From contig MQRK01207995.1 in assembly GCA_001938485.1 (NCBI GenBank), positions 80,793 to 144,792 of the forward strand: 64,000 bases of DNA. Direction: 5' to 3'. The stretch's first letter is position 1, and each line of letters starts with the position of its first letter. The DNA is from Girardia tigrina (lineage: Eukaryota). A program made the position numbers and the translations under genes. The notes beneath the pieces are model-generated. The model was not told the DNA's origin. It was given only the letters and a program-made list of their open reading frames with translations, and searched no databases. Of the stretch, positions 55,001 through 62,537 are shown in pieces.

Positions 55001-58000
55001 ACTTAACCATGCAAGAGACTTTTAAAAGTTTTTGTTACTGACACTGAAGCACTTTGTTAATTCCAGGAGAGTCATCTCAACGACTTCGTAATACATTTCG
55101 CAATATGCACATCTGATAGACAAGTCCTGGTGTTCTGTCTGTCCCACAGATCCCAATACAACGAAATTCTCCAATTGTGAATTCATCTTAGTTCGTCTTC
55201 TTTTCAGTTTCGGTTCCATATCAATATGACCTTTAAATTTCTCAAAAAGAACTTGGAATTCCTCTTCATTACGGAGGCTGCTAATGCGCTCTATGACGGC
55301 ATCCATACCATCACATGTAGGTGACATAGATTGATGACATAGTAGCAGGGATAGTATCACTAGATGAAGTGACTGAAGTCACAGAATTCTTCGGAATGAC
55401 TTCGAAGAAATTCATGATGCTCTTGTGTGTCGAAATATTGTATTATAATAACATTAATGTCACAAGGTAGGATCAATTACAATGACACTATGCACTGTAT
55501 AGTTTGCTGTAAGATTAAGGTCAGAATAAGGACAGATATAGACAGCAAATGTGTGCTTCTGTATGCGTGTTTATTTGGATGTGGATGATTCCCTCATACC
55601 ACGTCAATCCATGTGTGCACACTTTCCTTCTCTCTCACCCACGCTACCTACATTACTCTCTGTCACCCTATAGGTCTGTTTTTCAGTTGTTCTCTATACA
55701 TTTTGCCTGTTGTGTGTATAGGTATGTATGTATGTGTGTTAAGGGGTAGAAAATATTTTTTCATATATTTTCTATTCTCAAGTGGACATTTCATTATCAA
55801 ATGGACATTTGAGTAAGTATGTTTGTTAAATTAACATTTTGATTGGTTAAATTGTATATTTCTTTCAATTTTAGATATGGATTTACTATCAAATAGACTT
55901 CTTATATAATTAAATGGACCTCACTGTACTACTACACTATGTATATGATATATGAATAAATATGACTCCCTATTTCTTTTTCATTTGTCCTTTTTACTCT
56001 GGGGGGTAGACTTGCGTTTGGGGGGCCGGGCCCTCTTGCCCCCCCCCCGACGGTACGGGCCTGTGTTGTACTGATTACAATATCCAGAAAAAGCATGATG
56101 AATAAGGATATTGTGCAAGGTCTAACGAATTTAGTTAACAAAAAAAATCGCCAGACCTGGCGAAACGGGTTCACCATAGTGTATTTAGTAGTTCAAATCT
56201 AAAATATTAAATATTTGACAAAAACCGCAAATTACTTAAGATTTAATATTATTTACAAATTAATTACAATGTATATCAAAAATTAAAAAATATTTATTAT
56301 TTAATGTTACGACAATTAAAAGATTTGAATAAATTACAATTTCAAAAAGTTGTAGAATAGGATAAATTAAAAATATATAATTAAAATTAGGATAAAATTT
56401 AGGATAATAATTTAAACGAAATTAATTGAGGAGTTTACGAAAAAAATTAATTAACACAAGTTTTTGAAAATGTATTTTGTTATATTAATGATTTTTTAGT
56501 GTTAAATAGGAATTTGTATTCTGAAATGTCACATAACGACAATAGCATAAACGACTAGCAGTTATAAAACCATCAAATTCTTTTGTACTCTGGAGATGTT
56601 TAATATTAATTACACGATGTTTTCACGTTGACCTCTCTGAAATTAATCCCATATCAATATAAGAAATTAGAAATTATATATTTGAGAACATTACTTATTT
56701 CATATTCTTCTAAGTATAACTTAAGACGTCATCAGTTGGAGTATTATTGCAGATTTTGCTTCTTTAGGCTTTTCTTGAGACTAATTAATTTAAGAGTGAC
56801 TGTTCGATTCACATTCGGGGGGCCCATATGGAAGTTAACCCGACAAATAATATTTGGAAAAAATCGTTTAAATGATGGGGCTGATTTAACTCCGAAAGCA
56901 ATTGAGACGAAAACACAGAAATTAAAGCCGAAACCAATCAACCAAAAATCAATTCAATCAATAGCGGTTCGTCGTAAAATTNNNNNNNNNNNNNNNNNNN
57001 NNNNNNNNNNNNNNNNNNNNNNNNNNNNNNNNNNNNNNNNNNNNNNNNNNNNNNNNNNNNNNNNNNNNNNNNNNNNNNNNNNNNNNNNNNNNNNNNNNNN
57101 AGAAACCAATCGGAAATGAATATATCAAAAGAAAACGAAAATTTGTGAAAAGAAATTGGAATTTGTTGATATACGAAAAAAGACGAAGAATTTTATCCAA
57201 TAAATTTTTTGGGGAATATGTTTGGAGATATAGAAGAGAGGGAAACTTTTGTACTTTCCTGTTCTGAGAGTTCAATCGATAACATCCTACTGGGAATGTG
57301 ATTTTTTTACTGTTTTATAGATGTTTATGACTTCAAAAAAAATTGATTTTGTAATTTTGATTTTCCGAGGGGTATTCGGTTGTTTTTTGTTGTCGAGGTG
57401 TTGTTAAAATTGATTGGTGAAAGTTTCGATTTTGTTTGAATCGAATAAATAAATAAATTTTTATAGCGCGAAATTTGTTTTGTTTGGTGAATGAATGAAT
57501 GAAATTGACAATTAAATCGATTCACTACGATTCCGAACGAAAATCGATGGCCGATGAATATTATCCGTTGTCACAAAGTGTTGTCGGGAATTTATTGGAT
57601 AAATTGTACGAAAAACGTAAATCGGTCGCGATCGATATCGAAAAAGTCGTCAAGCAATTGCGGAGCCAAGGCAAGAACGAGGAGATCGAATTGATCATTA
57701 AACATTGCGGAGAGACATTTTTCAATTCGAGCAATTGTCACTACCACAAGGGCGACACGATTGGGTTGACCGCTGTCGCCATCGCTCTCGGCAAACAAGC
57801 GGACGAGTACTGCAGTCTTATTATTTGTCCGTCCATCAAACTTCTCCACGATTCCGATGGCCGAGTTCGGTATTACGCATATGAAAGTCTCTACAATTGC
57901 ATTAAGGTTTTAAACGGTAATGTTATGCCGCATTTAAGCCCCCCGCGTCCCGCAACCCGCCCACCATCGCCAACGCGCCGCAGCCACCAAGCTGCGCTCG

Positions 58001-61000
58001 CTCTCGCATCTCCAGTGACCCTCAAAGCCTGTATTCAGAATGAGGAAGGATTGTGTCATGTGAATTTCTTTTATGAAGTTGTTTTATACTAATGAAAGAA
58101 GAAAATATTCATATTTAATCACTTTAAAATGGAAGAAAAGTGATGATACTAAAATACTAAATAATGAAACATTCTATTTACCTTTCCTGAAAATCCTTTA
58201 ACTTTATTGGAATTTCAGTTATTGCTTTTTTAGTATTATCAGCTTTCTGAAAGATCGACTGAACTTTTTGCTTTAATTGGTCAAATAATTCGGCGAAGTC
58301 GCTGCCGGAAGCACTTCCTATTTCCATATTCAACAATCTTATCGCTTCAAGCAATTCCAAGCAATCATTTCGCATTTTATTGTCAGCAAAATACGCCTTA
58401 AAATAAATTTTGAATTAAAACAATTGTAACATTAATTTTTTATTTTTTCTTTTTTTTATTTAAAATTAAAAATCGTTTTTATAGAGTTAATTACAAATTT
58501 TAAATTAAATAATAATTTTAATTATTTTTATGTATTTTTAAAGAAATTTGATAATAAAAAATTGGCTAGGTTTCCGTTAGAGCGAATTAATAATCTCGTT
58601 ATATTTTCTGTCTACATTCTTCTTCCGTTATAATTATTCTTTATATACTGAGTTGTGCTGATCAATTAGGAGTTCTGTGTTATTGTTTATAGTTATGTAT
58701 CAACTGCAAAGCCTTTTTCAGACTTCTTCAAATGTCTTTAACATTCAAATAGAAATAAAAGTTAATTCATTAATTACAGAAGAATAAGAATAATTTTGTT
58801 TATAAATTAGGTTGGTTAAAAAATCACCACTTTTTCGTATTTAAAATTGAGCTTTAAAATAAAATGTTATGGGATAATAATTGATTTTTTGAAAGACGTC
58901 TTTTATTTACAAGTTTGTTTTTGTATTGCTTAAGAATTTTTTATTTTTTGGTTAATAAAAGGTAATGTCAAGTCGCTCATATGAGCATTTTCAACACCAT
59001 ATTTTTATGTTTGATTTGAGAACTACAACCGCAGAAACTATCTGATTTATGCCATATACAGAAAAGAGATTATGCTTACAAAAAAGTAGGAAAGGTCCAT
59101 ATTAAGAACATTAATTGAATTTCCTTTACATTTATTATTATCACAATTTGAATTGTCACTACAACAATTCTCCGTAAAACTTGCGTAGCTCGTCATCGTT
59201 CTTGATTGATAATCTTTANNNNNNNNNNNNNNNNNNNNNNNNNNNNNNNNNNNNNNNNNNNNNNNNNNNNNNNNNNNNNNNNNNNNNNNNNNNNNNNNNN
59301 NNNNNNNNNNNNNNNNNNNNNNNNNNNNNNNNNNNNNNNNNNNNNNNNNNNNNNNNNNNNNNNNNNNNNNNNNNNNNNNNNNNNNNNNTAGTTTAATTTT
59401 AAAGTGATTATTTAACTTTTAATAATTGATTAAACAACTCAACGTTTTAAAATATTTAAGATATCAATCTTCCATCTGGGTGGGAGAAACACAATCCTAA
59501 AACAACACAGAATAAACACCATTCAAAAATATTCCTCACAGTCCATACGTTTGGCGCATGGATTTCTCATGTTTTGAATAACAAAAATAAAATAATTCAA
59601 AAATTCATGGTAACCTTCGGTATCATCTTTCAAAACATTAGCACATGTAAACATTTATTTACCTAAGATTTATCGTTAACGAAACTGGTGCTCGATAGTC
59701 AATATGGAGCAGTACAAGAAATTAGCTAGTCCAATAAACTGCGACACTGCTAGAAAAACAAGGGGTCACCTGCATAAAATAATGTTTTGTAAAATATGGG
59801 ACTGGAAGGCATTGTCCACTTCAATTTCCTCTAAAGGAGTAAAATGGCTTGCAAGATTTAAAGGTTTGAATTATAATAAAATATTTTAATTCCCAAATTT
59901 TAATGATTATTAGTCTGATTAAATATCTATATCTAATATCTATATTTACAATTATCGATAAAAAATGAATTATTAAAATATCCTCAATAAAAAAATGTTT
60001 TTTAAATAATCAGAAATAGTGTGAAAATTTTAAAATTTTAATTAAATAAATTATTTTCACGTCGTTTTATCTTTCTATTTATTTAAATGTCAGAAGAGTC
60101 AAGAGATATTTACACAATCAATGTCGTTCCTAACATGCCAATATGGAATTTCATGTCCAACAAATGTGTTTTCGTTAGGTAGTGATACAGAATTAATTAC
60201 TTGGTTAATTAAATTCTTCAAGTTGAGACGAGGCAAATTTTTACTACGGAGATTTTGACAAACTTTTTGAAGGTTTGAAAGAAGTAGTAAACAATAACGG
60301 AGAGTATATTTAATGATTAGTTTATTGTTTTGTATTTTGTGAAAATAAATCTTTTTAAATCAACCATGACAGCCTTAAATTATCAATCAAGTTATGAAGG
60401 TAGAATATATAACACAAACAGATAAAAATGGTGCTTGAAGATCTTTCAGATTTTAAGTTAACAATGTATTACAATAAAAGAGTAGTGTCCTGATAGACAT
60501 TCTTATAAATAAAAATATAAATAAACTTGTATTGGATTTTTTGTTTTTACTGAACGCTAATGAGCGGCTTGGAACCATAACTACTTGGGGAGCAAGTGGT
60601 TGGTTCCAAGTGGCTCAAATAAGGAAACAAGTAAACAACAGAAATAATAAATATACATAAATAACATTAAATATAAAATTAGAAAATCAAAATATCGACT
60701 TTTAATTTTAAAAAAATATTATTAACATCGATTAATAAAAAACTATAACATATTTAACCTCCTCAGGCCCAGTGCACATTGTAATGTATATAAATTTCAG
60801 TCCTTCTTTCAAAGCCATTTTCGACTTGTTTACATTGGGAACATTTTATACATCGTAGTGTATACAATATTTATTCGTTTATTCTTGCCAGTGTCCCCAT
60901 TTAGGGATTAACATTTGTGTTATGTGTCATTCTTGCAAATTTTGAAAAATATTTAAAATAAAGTTAGGTCTGAGGAGGTTAACAACAAAAATAATTAATC

Positions 61001-62135
61001 CTTTAATCCGAAGTTATCAAGAAAAACCAAAAAAAGAAAATAAAATCTCCAACAATTATATAGAATATATTTTAAAATAACTTCCGCGAACAATTATTGA
61101 AGACGATATACAATCATATATTCAATCAACAATTTCCTTCATCGAATATTTTAGAATACCAATTCGAATTGACAAAGTAGAATCTCTTTCTTTTGATATA
61201 AGTATCGTTTCATCTATTATTCGAATTTTATTAAAATAAGTAATTTTTATTAAGTTTCAAAGGTATCGAAATTATTTAAACAATTTATTATGTTATTTGA
61301 TTATACTATGGTAATTACGACTGAAGATGGTGGATAATCCTCCGAAATATATCACTAAGACCTTTTTAAATTTGTATATTCATTATTATTCTTTGATATT
61401 AACCAATTAAAAATTAAAATATTACTTCATGATTTACAAGGATTTTCGAAAAATCTTTTTCTTCATTCATTTGAATTTCTTCTTCTTTAATTTGTTCTTC
61501 AACTTGTTTCATCAATTTTATTAGTTTCATATGCATACGAGTAAATTCGAATTCTTTCCTTTTTATCGAAAAATTATCAAAATAAGTCTAAATAAAGTGA
61601 AAAATAATTTATTTATATTAAAGTATTATAAAATTTTCATTCGTACCCGAATCCGAGTGGTTATTTCCGTCATTTCATCCTCGCTCGAGGATGTATCAAC
61701 ATCTTCACTAACCTTTTCCGATATGCTTTTAAGAATTTTTTTGTTTTCATTAATTTTCCTTTCCACATTTGATTTACTGCTGCTATTAAACGCGTTCTAT
61801 AAAATTATTTATATATTTTGTTCGAAAACAAAAGTTCTCACTTCAAGTTCCGTCAAAGATTCATTGAATATTTGTTCTTTGACAACATCAGAAGAGTTTG
61901 ATAAATTTAATAAAATTTGGTCAACAGTTTTCATCCAGTTTATCAAATCATCAATGTTGTTGTTATATGTTTGTAGTGTGGTTTTGACTTTATCTAACTT
62001 CTTTACTTTCACACCTATTTCGTTGCGAACCTTCACGAATCTGTCTTTATCCACGTGTAGTGTACCGAGTATTTCTTCCACCTCAACTTCACGCATATTC
62101 GACTTAAACATAGACTCTCCAATTTTTGCTGCAGC
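1286..62135 (-). CDS. SYNE1: Giant spectrin-repeat protein, nesprin-1/MSP-300-like; partial gene, 19 exons traced (4,861 codons)
   Basis: Long helical ORFs with spectrin-type W/L periodicity ([27 protein letters not shown]). All exons are bounded by GT-AG and phases join without stops. No CH or KASH domain is in the window, so the symbol is family-level; dystonin/MACF-type is not excluded. Confidence 0.7.
1771..2534. mobile_element. Non-autonomous TIR element, MULE-like
   Basis: Imperfect ~60-bp TIRs built from GGA(C/T)GATTCATCAC-type repeats; flanked by TTAACTA on both sides. Confidence 0.6.
2543..2582 (-). ncRNA. Degenerate minimal hammerhead ribozyme core
   Basis: CTGAAGA-T-GACGG-ttggt-CCCTC-AAAG-tatat; GAAA core mutated; stem II resembles the copy at 35474. 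Confidence 0.4.
2928..3098 (-). CDS. Spectrin-repeat gene exon, SQIDSLAQ...FNELQ
   Basis: tttag|TCT, CAG|gtagac, 171 nt. Confidence 0.8.
3465..3944 (+). mobile_element. Decayed Ty3/gypsy-type gag fragment (DUF7041-like)
   Basis: [11 protein letters not shown] and [22 protein letters not shown] resemble gag motifs; frameshifted. Confidence 0.5.
3945..4038 (-). other. GC-rich structured module, copy A (3'-truncated)
   Basis: About 80% identical by eye to 45558-45646; fused to the 3' break of the alpha-tubulin fragment. Confidence 0.85.
4039..4335 (-). pseudogene. TUBA: Alpha-tubulin internal fragment, frameshifted
   Basis: [19 protein letters not shown]...THTTLEHS / [32 protein letters not shown]...[14 protein letters not shown]. 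Confidence 0.92.
5372..5416. repeat. (TA)n microsatellite
   Basis: direct observation. Confidence 0.95.
5569..5721 (-). CDS. Spectrin-repeat gene exon, [10 protein letters not shown]...HEIDCK
   Basis: catag|CTA, AAA|gtaatt, 153 nt open (not in the ORF track). Confidence 0.7.
7775..11857 (-). CDS. Spectrin-repeat gene giant exon (4,083 nt)
   Basis: 1373-aa ORF; ttcag|GAA, AAG|gttgga. Confidence 0.9.
12379..12922 (+). mobile_element. Internally deleted Tc1/mariner-superfamily element
   Basis: TA-CAGGGTGGCCCATAAGTCCCTA left TIR and degenerate right TIR; KVMSK...TINELKDEV...[16 protein letters not shown] is a transposase C-terminal motif. Confidence 0.7.
13372..13450. repeat. Compound (AAT)n(AAG)n microsatellite
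   Basis: direct observation. Confidence 0.95.
14929..15522 (-). mobile_element. Non-autonomous hAT (Buster/Charlie-like) remnant
   Basis: CAG terminus with TCTAGA-like flanks; minus strand ends in KKHQTQISH*, like the Buster transposase C-terminus. Confidence 0.55.
16332..17600 (+). mobile_element. Mariner (Hsmar1-like) element, transposase pseudogene
   Basis: [45 protein letters not shown]; right TIR ...AACAACCTAA-TA; partial left TIR at ~16332. Confidence 0.92.
17975..18781 (-). CDS. Spectrin-repeat gene exon, TKITHLEK...MTRIQ
   Basis: attag|ACA, CAG|gtcaga, 807 nt; NEWNNWY motif. Confidence 0.9.
18829..18957 (-). CDS. Spectrin-repeat gene exon, SLLDEII...LLDLVK
   Basis: ttcag|TCA, AAA|gtaatt, 129 nt; 47-nt intron follows. 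Confidence 0.75.
19064..20560 (+). mobile_element. Decayed mariner element interrupted by a hAT MITE
   Basis: [45 protein letters not shown]; boundaries approximate. Confidence 0.8.
19581..19951. mobile_element. hAT-type MITE
   Basis: Perfect TIR CAGAGCCGTAGT/ACTACGGCTCTG; 8-bp TSD CATATATA. Confidence 0.9.
20927..21277 (-). CDS. Spectrin-repeat gene exon, [10 protein letters not shown]...VKRLK
   Basis: tttag|AGG, AAA|gtaatt, 351 nt. Confidence 0.85.
21306..21470 (-). CDS. Spectrin-repeat gene exon, DDIKEHRK...IHKIN
   Basis: cttag|GAT, AAC|gtaat, 165 nt; followed by a 28-nt intron. Confidence 0.8.
21526..22296 (-). CDS. Spectrin-repeat gene exon, [10 protein letters not shown]...KQKIE
   Basis: tttag|GAT, GAA|gtaatt, 771 nt. 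Confidence 0.85.
22808..22840. repeat. (TA)n microsatellite running into an assembly gap
   Basis: direct observation. Confidence 0.9.
23570..24743 (+). mobile_element. Decayed mariner element
   Basis: [48 protein letters not shown]; right TIR ...CGGACAACCCAA-TA; left end approximate. Confidence 0.85.
25146..25520 (+). mobile_element. 5' fragment of a Tc1/Tc3-like element
   Basis: TA-CAGT terminus; [15 protein letters not shown]...[14 protein letters not shown] paired-like HTH. Confidence 0.65.
25663..26283 (-). CDS. Spectrin-repeat gene exon, [10 protein letters not shown]...MKRIQ
   Basis: tttag|GAT, CAA|gtacac, 621 nt. Confidence 0.85.
26817..27007. mobile_element. hAT (Charlie-like) MITE
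   Basis: CAGGGGTCGGCAAC terminus, GGCCC/GGCCG subterminal motifs, CTTTAA-type flanks on both sides. Confidence 0.6.
27771..28138 (+). pseudogene. DDX28: 5' fragment of a DEAD-box helicase, DDX28-like (Q motif to motif I)
   Basis: [11 protein letters not shown]; FSDLDL...PTNIQ...TI..IL.G.N.IL..ETGGCK (AETGxGKT is DDX28-type); frameshifted, ends at motif I. Confidence 0.7.
28136..28260 (+). other. GC-rich two-hairpin module fused to the DDX28 fragment
   Basis: Helices GCATGA/TCATGC, ACGCAGC/GTTGCGT, GAGGCT/AGTCTC; second hairpin GATCT/AGATC, CGG/CCG, AGTG/CACT. Confidence 0.55.
29226..30461 (-). CDS. Spectrin-repeat gene exon, SNKEHLEL...LEKQE
   Basis: tttag|TCT, GAG|gtaag, 1,236 nt. Confidence 0.9.
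30690..30935 (-). pseudogene. CpG-rich coding-like fragment, possibly the N-terminus of a RUS1/DUF647 protein
   Basis: [22 protein letters not shown]...LATAQ resembles RUS1 LPxGFPxSVSPDYxxYQ...LATQ; identity uncertain. Confidence 0.4.
31367..31523 (+). repeat. ~127-bp copy of 30599-30726 inserted between 16-bp direct repeats
   Basis: CGGATGGAAGATTGTT at 31367-31382 and 31508-31523; insert differs from the donor by one G>A. Confidence 0.9.
31840..32191 (-). pseudogene. ZFPL1: ZFPL1 (zinc finger protein-like 1) N-terminal fragment with stops and frameshifts
   Basis: LFCFEH*VNV...[23 protein letters not shown]...[20 protein letters not shown] matches ZFPL1 LFCFEHRVNVC..NHAKCIVQSYLQWLQDSDY..QLPRNTAPAGY. 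Confidence 0.85.
35359..35590 (+). mobile_element. Penelope-like pseudo-LTR / retrozyme-like tandem repeat with a hammerhead
   Basis: Two ~80-bp direct repeats (period ~129) each with CTATATAAG; 15-bp inverted copy at the 5' end; hammerhead core between the repeats. Confidence 0.65.
35474..35507 (+). ncRNA. Minimal type I hammerhead ribozyme core with one core substitution
   Basis: CTGGCGA-T-GACGG-ttata-CCGTC-GAAA-ttaaa-TC. Confidence 0.6.
35669..35755 (+). repeat. Dispersed repeat, copy 1 of 3
   Basis: CCATCTG.GT.GGAGA..CACA...TTCAAAA..TTCCTCACAG also at 51562-51648 (-) and 59471-59541 (+). Confidence 0.75.
36967..37287 (-). CDS. Spectrin-repeat gene exon, NLERCIEE...YNLCI
   Basis: ttaag|AAT, ATT|gtaagt, 321 nt; EEEWKF/LTEW motifs. 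Confidence 0.85.
37596..37795. mobile_element. Tc2/pogo-like MITE (200 bp)
   Basis: Perfect 20-bp TIR CCGTATTTTCCGGTAGATAA; TA TSD. Confidence 0.9.
38809..39238. repeat. Near-perfect ~94-bp inverted repeat with ~240-bp spacer
   Basis: 38809-38902 is the reverse complement of 39145-39238. Confidence 0.9.
38948..39556. mobile_element. Possible piggyBac-like non-autonomous element
   Basis: TTAA-CACTT...AAGTG-TTAA ends; short TIR only. Confidence 0.35.
39673..39975 (-). CDS. Spectrin-repeat gene exon, EIEKHNNVD...LEKTSK
   Basis: tttag|GAA, AAG|gtagat, 303 nt. Confidence 0.8.
40205..41278 (-). mobile_element. Young Tc1/mariner-superfamily element spanning an assembly gap
   Basis: Perfect 26-bp TIR CAGGGTGCGGCAGCTATTTGAGAACA, TA TSD; [14 protein letters not shown] / [16 protein letters not shown]-terminus. 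Confidence 0.88.
43050..43087. repeat. (TA)n microsatellite
   Basis: direct observation. Confidence 0.95.
43216..43286. mobile_element. Tiny piggyBac-like MITE with an internal palindrome
   Basis: TTAA-CCTTTG...CAAGGG-TTAA; perfect 15-bp hairpin at 43246-43278. Confidence 0.65.
45298..45550 (+). pseudogene. HECTD1: HECTD1 N-terminal fragment (from the start codon), internally deleted/frameshifted
   Basis: [34 protein letters not shown] and [28 protein letters not shown] match HECTD1 MADVDPDTLLEWL..DMQLIALEQLCMLLL and RRIVGVDGAIKALCNRL..LNNRTSR. Confidence 0.85.
45558..45653 (+). other. GC-rich structured module, copy B (longer copy)
   Basis: Homologous to 3945-4038; GCAA-capped hairpin plus flanking helices. 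Confidence 0.85.
45818..49809 (-). CDS. Spectrin-repeat gene giant exon (3,992 nt)
   Basis: 1343-aa ORF; ttcag|CG phase-1 acceptor, GAG|gtaaat donor. Confidence 0.9.
50029..51480 (+). repeat. Diverged AT-rich direct repeat pair (~50029-50380 and ~51086-51480)
   Basis: Shared AAAAAATGTTTAAATCTAATATTTAAACAAA start and collinear motifs to TTCAAAAATTTTCC.AACATTTTT. Confidence 0.7.
52252..52586 (-). CDS. Spectrin-repeat gene exon, LAKVTDWV...MVSKK
   Basis: tttag|A (phase 2), G|gtacaa (phase 1); phases match both neighbours. Confidence 0.85.
52690..53350 (+). mobile_element. Decayed hAT transposase C-terminal (dimerisation) region
   Basis: [21 protein letters not shown]...[12 protein letters not shown]...DIIEDF resembles the hATC consensus. 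Confidence 0.7.
54215..56063 (-). mobile_element. Internally deleted hAT element with transposase remnants
   Basis: TIR CAG(C/G)CCCGTACCGT; perfect 8-bp TSD TGTTGTAC; [33 protein letters not shown] motifs. Confidence 0.9.
57547..57937 (+). pseudogene. VAC14: VAC14 N-terminal fragment (~130 codons from the start codon)
   Basis: [47 protein letters not shown]; truncated. Confidence 0.92.
57938..58030 (+). other. Very GC-rich tract fused to the VAC14 break
   Basis: About 70% GC in an AT-rich intron; GCAGC/GCTGC hairpin; G-runs on the minus strand. Confidence 0.6.
58182..58396 (-). CDS. Spectrin-repeat gene exon, [11 protein letters not shown]...KDFQE(R)
   Basis: ttaag|GCG, AG|gtaaat; phase-2 end matches the next exon. 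Confidence 0.8.
60561..60617. repeat. 57-nt near-perfect hairpin
   Basis: TGAGC.GCTTGGAACCA..ACTACTTG / CAAGTGGT TGGTTCCAAGT.GCTCA. Confidence 0.8.
60758..60978. mobile_element. piggyBac-like MITE
   Basis: TTAA TSD; TIR CCTCCTCAG(G/A)CC. Confidence 0.8.
61321..61353 (+). ncRNA. Minimal type I hammerhead ribozyme core (Penelope-type)
   Basis: CTGAAGA-T-GGTGGA-taa-TCCTCC-GAAA-TATA-TC; intact core, palindromic mini stem III. Confidence 0.65.
61426..61587 (-). CDS. Spectrin-repeat gene exon, [15 protein letters not shown]...LVNHE
   Basis: tttag|ACT, GAA|gtaat, 162 nt open. Confidence 0.75.
61647..61796 (-). CDS. Spectrin-repeat gene exon, NAFNSSSK...TTRIR
   Basis: tatag|AAC, CGG|gtacga, 150 nt open; flanked by 45- and 59-nt introns. 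Confidence 0.75.
61842..62135 (-). CDS. Spectrin-repeat gene exon (first traced), [11 protein letters not shown]...ESLTELE
   Basis: tttag|GCT acceptor, GAA|gtgaga donor, 294 nt. Confidence 0.8.
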
Positions 62136-62537
62136 CTAAATTTAGGTAACCCTTAACCAACCATAATAAATGAGATCCAGTTATTTTATTTTAACTGGTA
62201 CTGGTATCAGAAAAAAGTTTTAAACAATTAGAGTAAAACAAAACATATGATAGTGAATAATCGAATCAAAATATTTTTACTAAACATATTGAATGTCAAT
62301 CGACAAAACCTTTACAGTACCAAATGATACTTTACACTAAATTCAACTTTATTTTATTTATTTTTATTTTTTAACTATTTTATTTTCTAAATTTTCAATT
62401 AAAGTGATGAAATTTTTACAGTTTCGTCACCCAGACTTGTATTAAAATTATGAGGAAGCTCGTCCGTAATACAGAAGAATGGACACTGACCCATATGCAT
62501 TGTAATGAATCGTAAATATGATTTATTGATATTTGTA

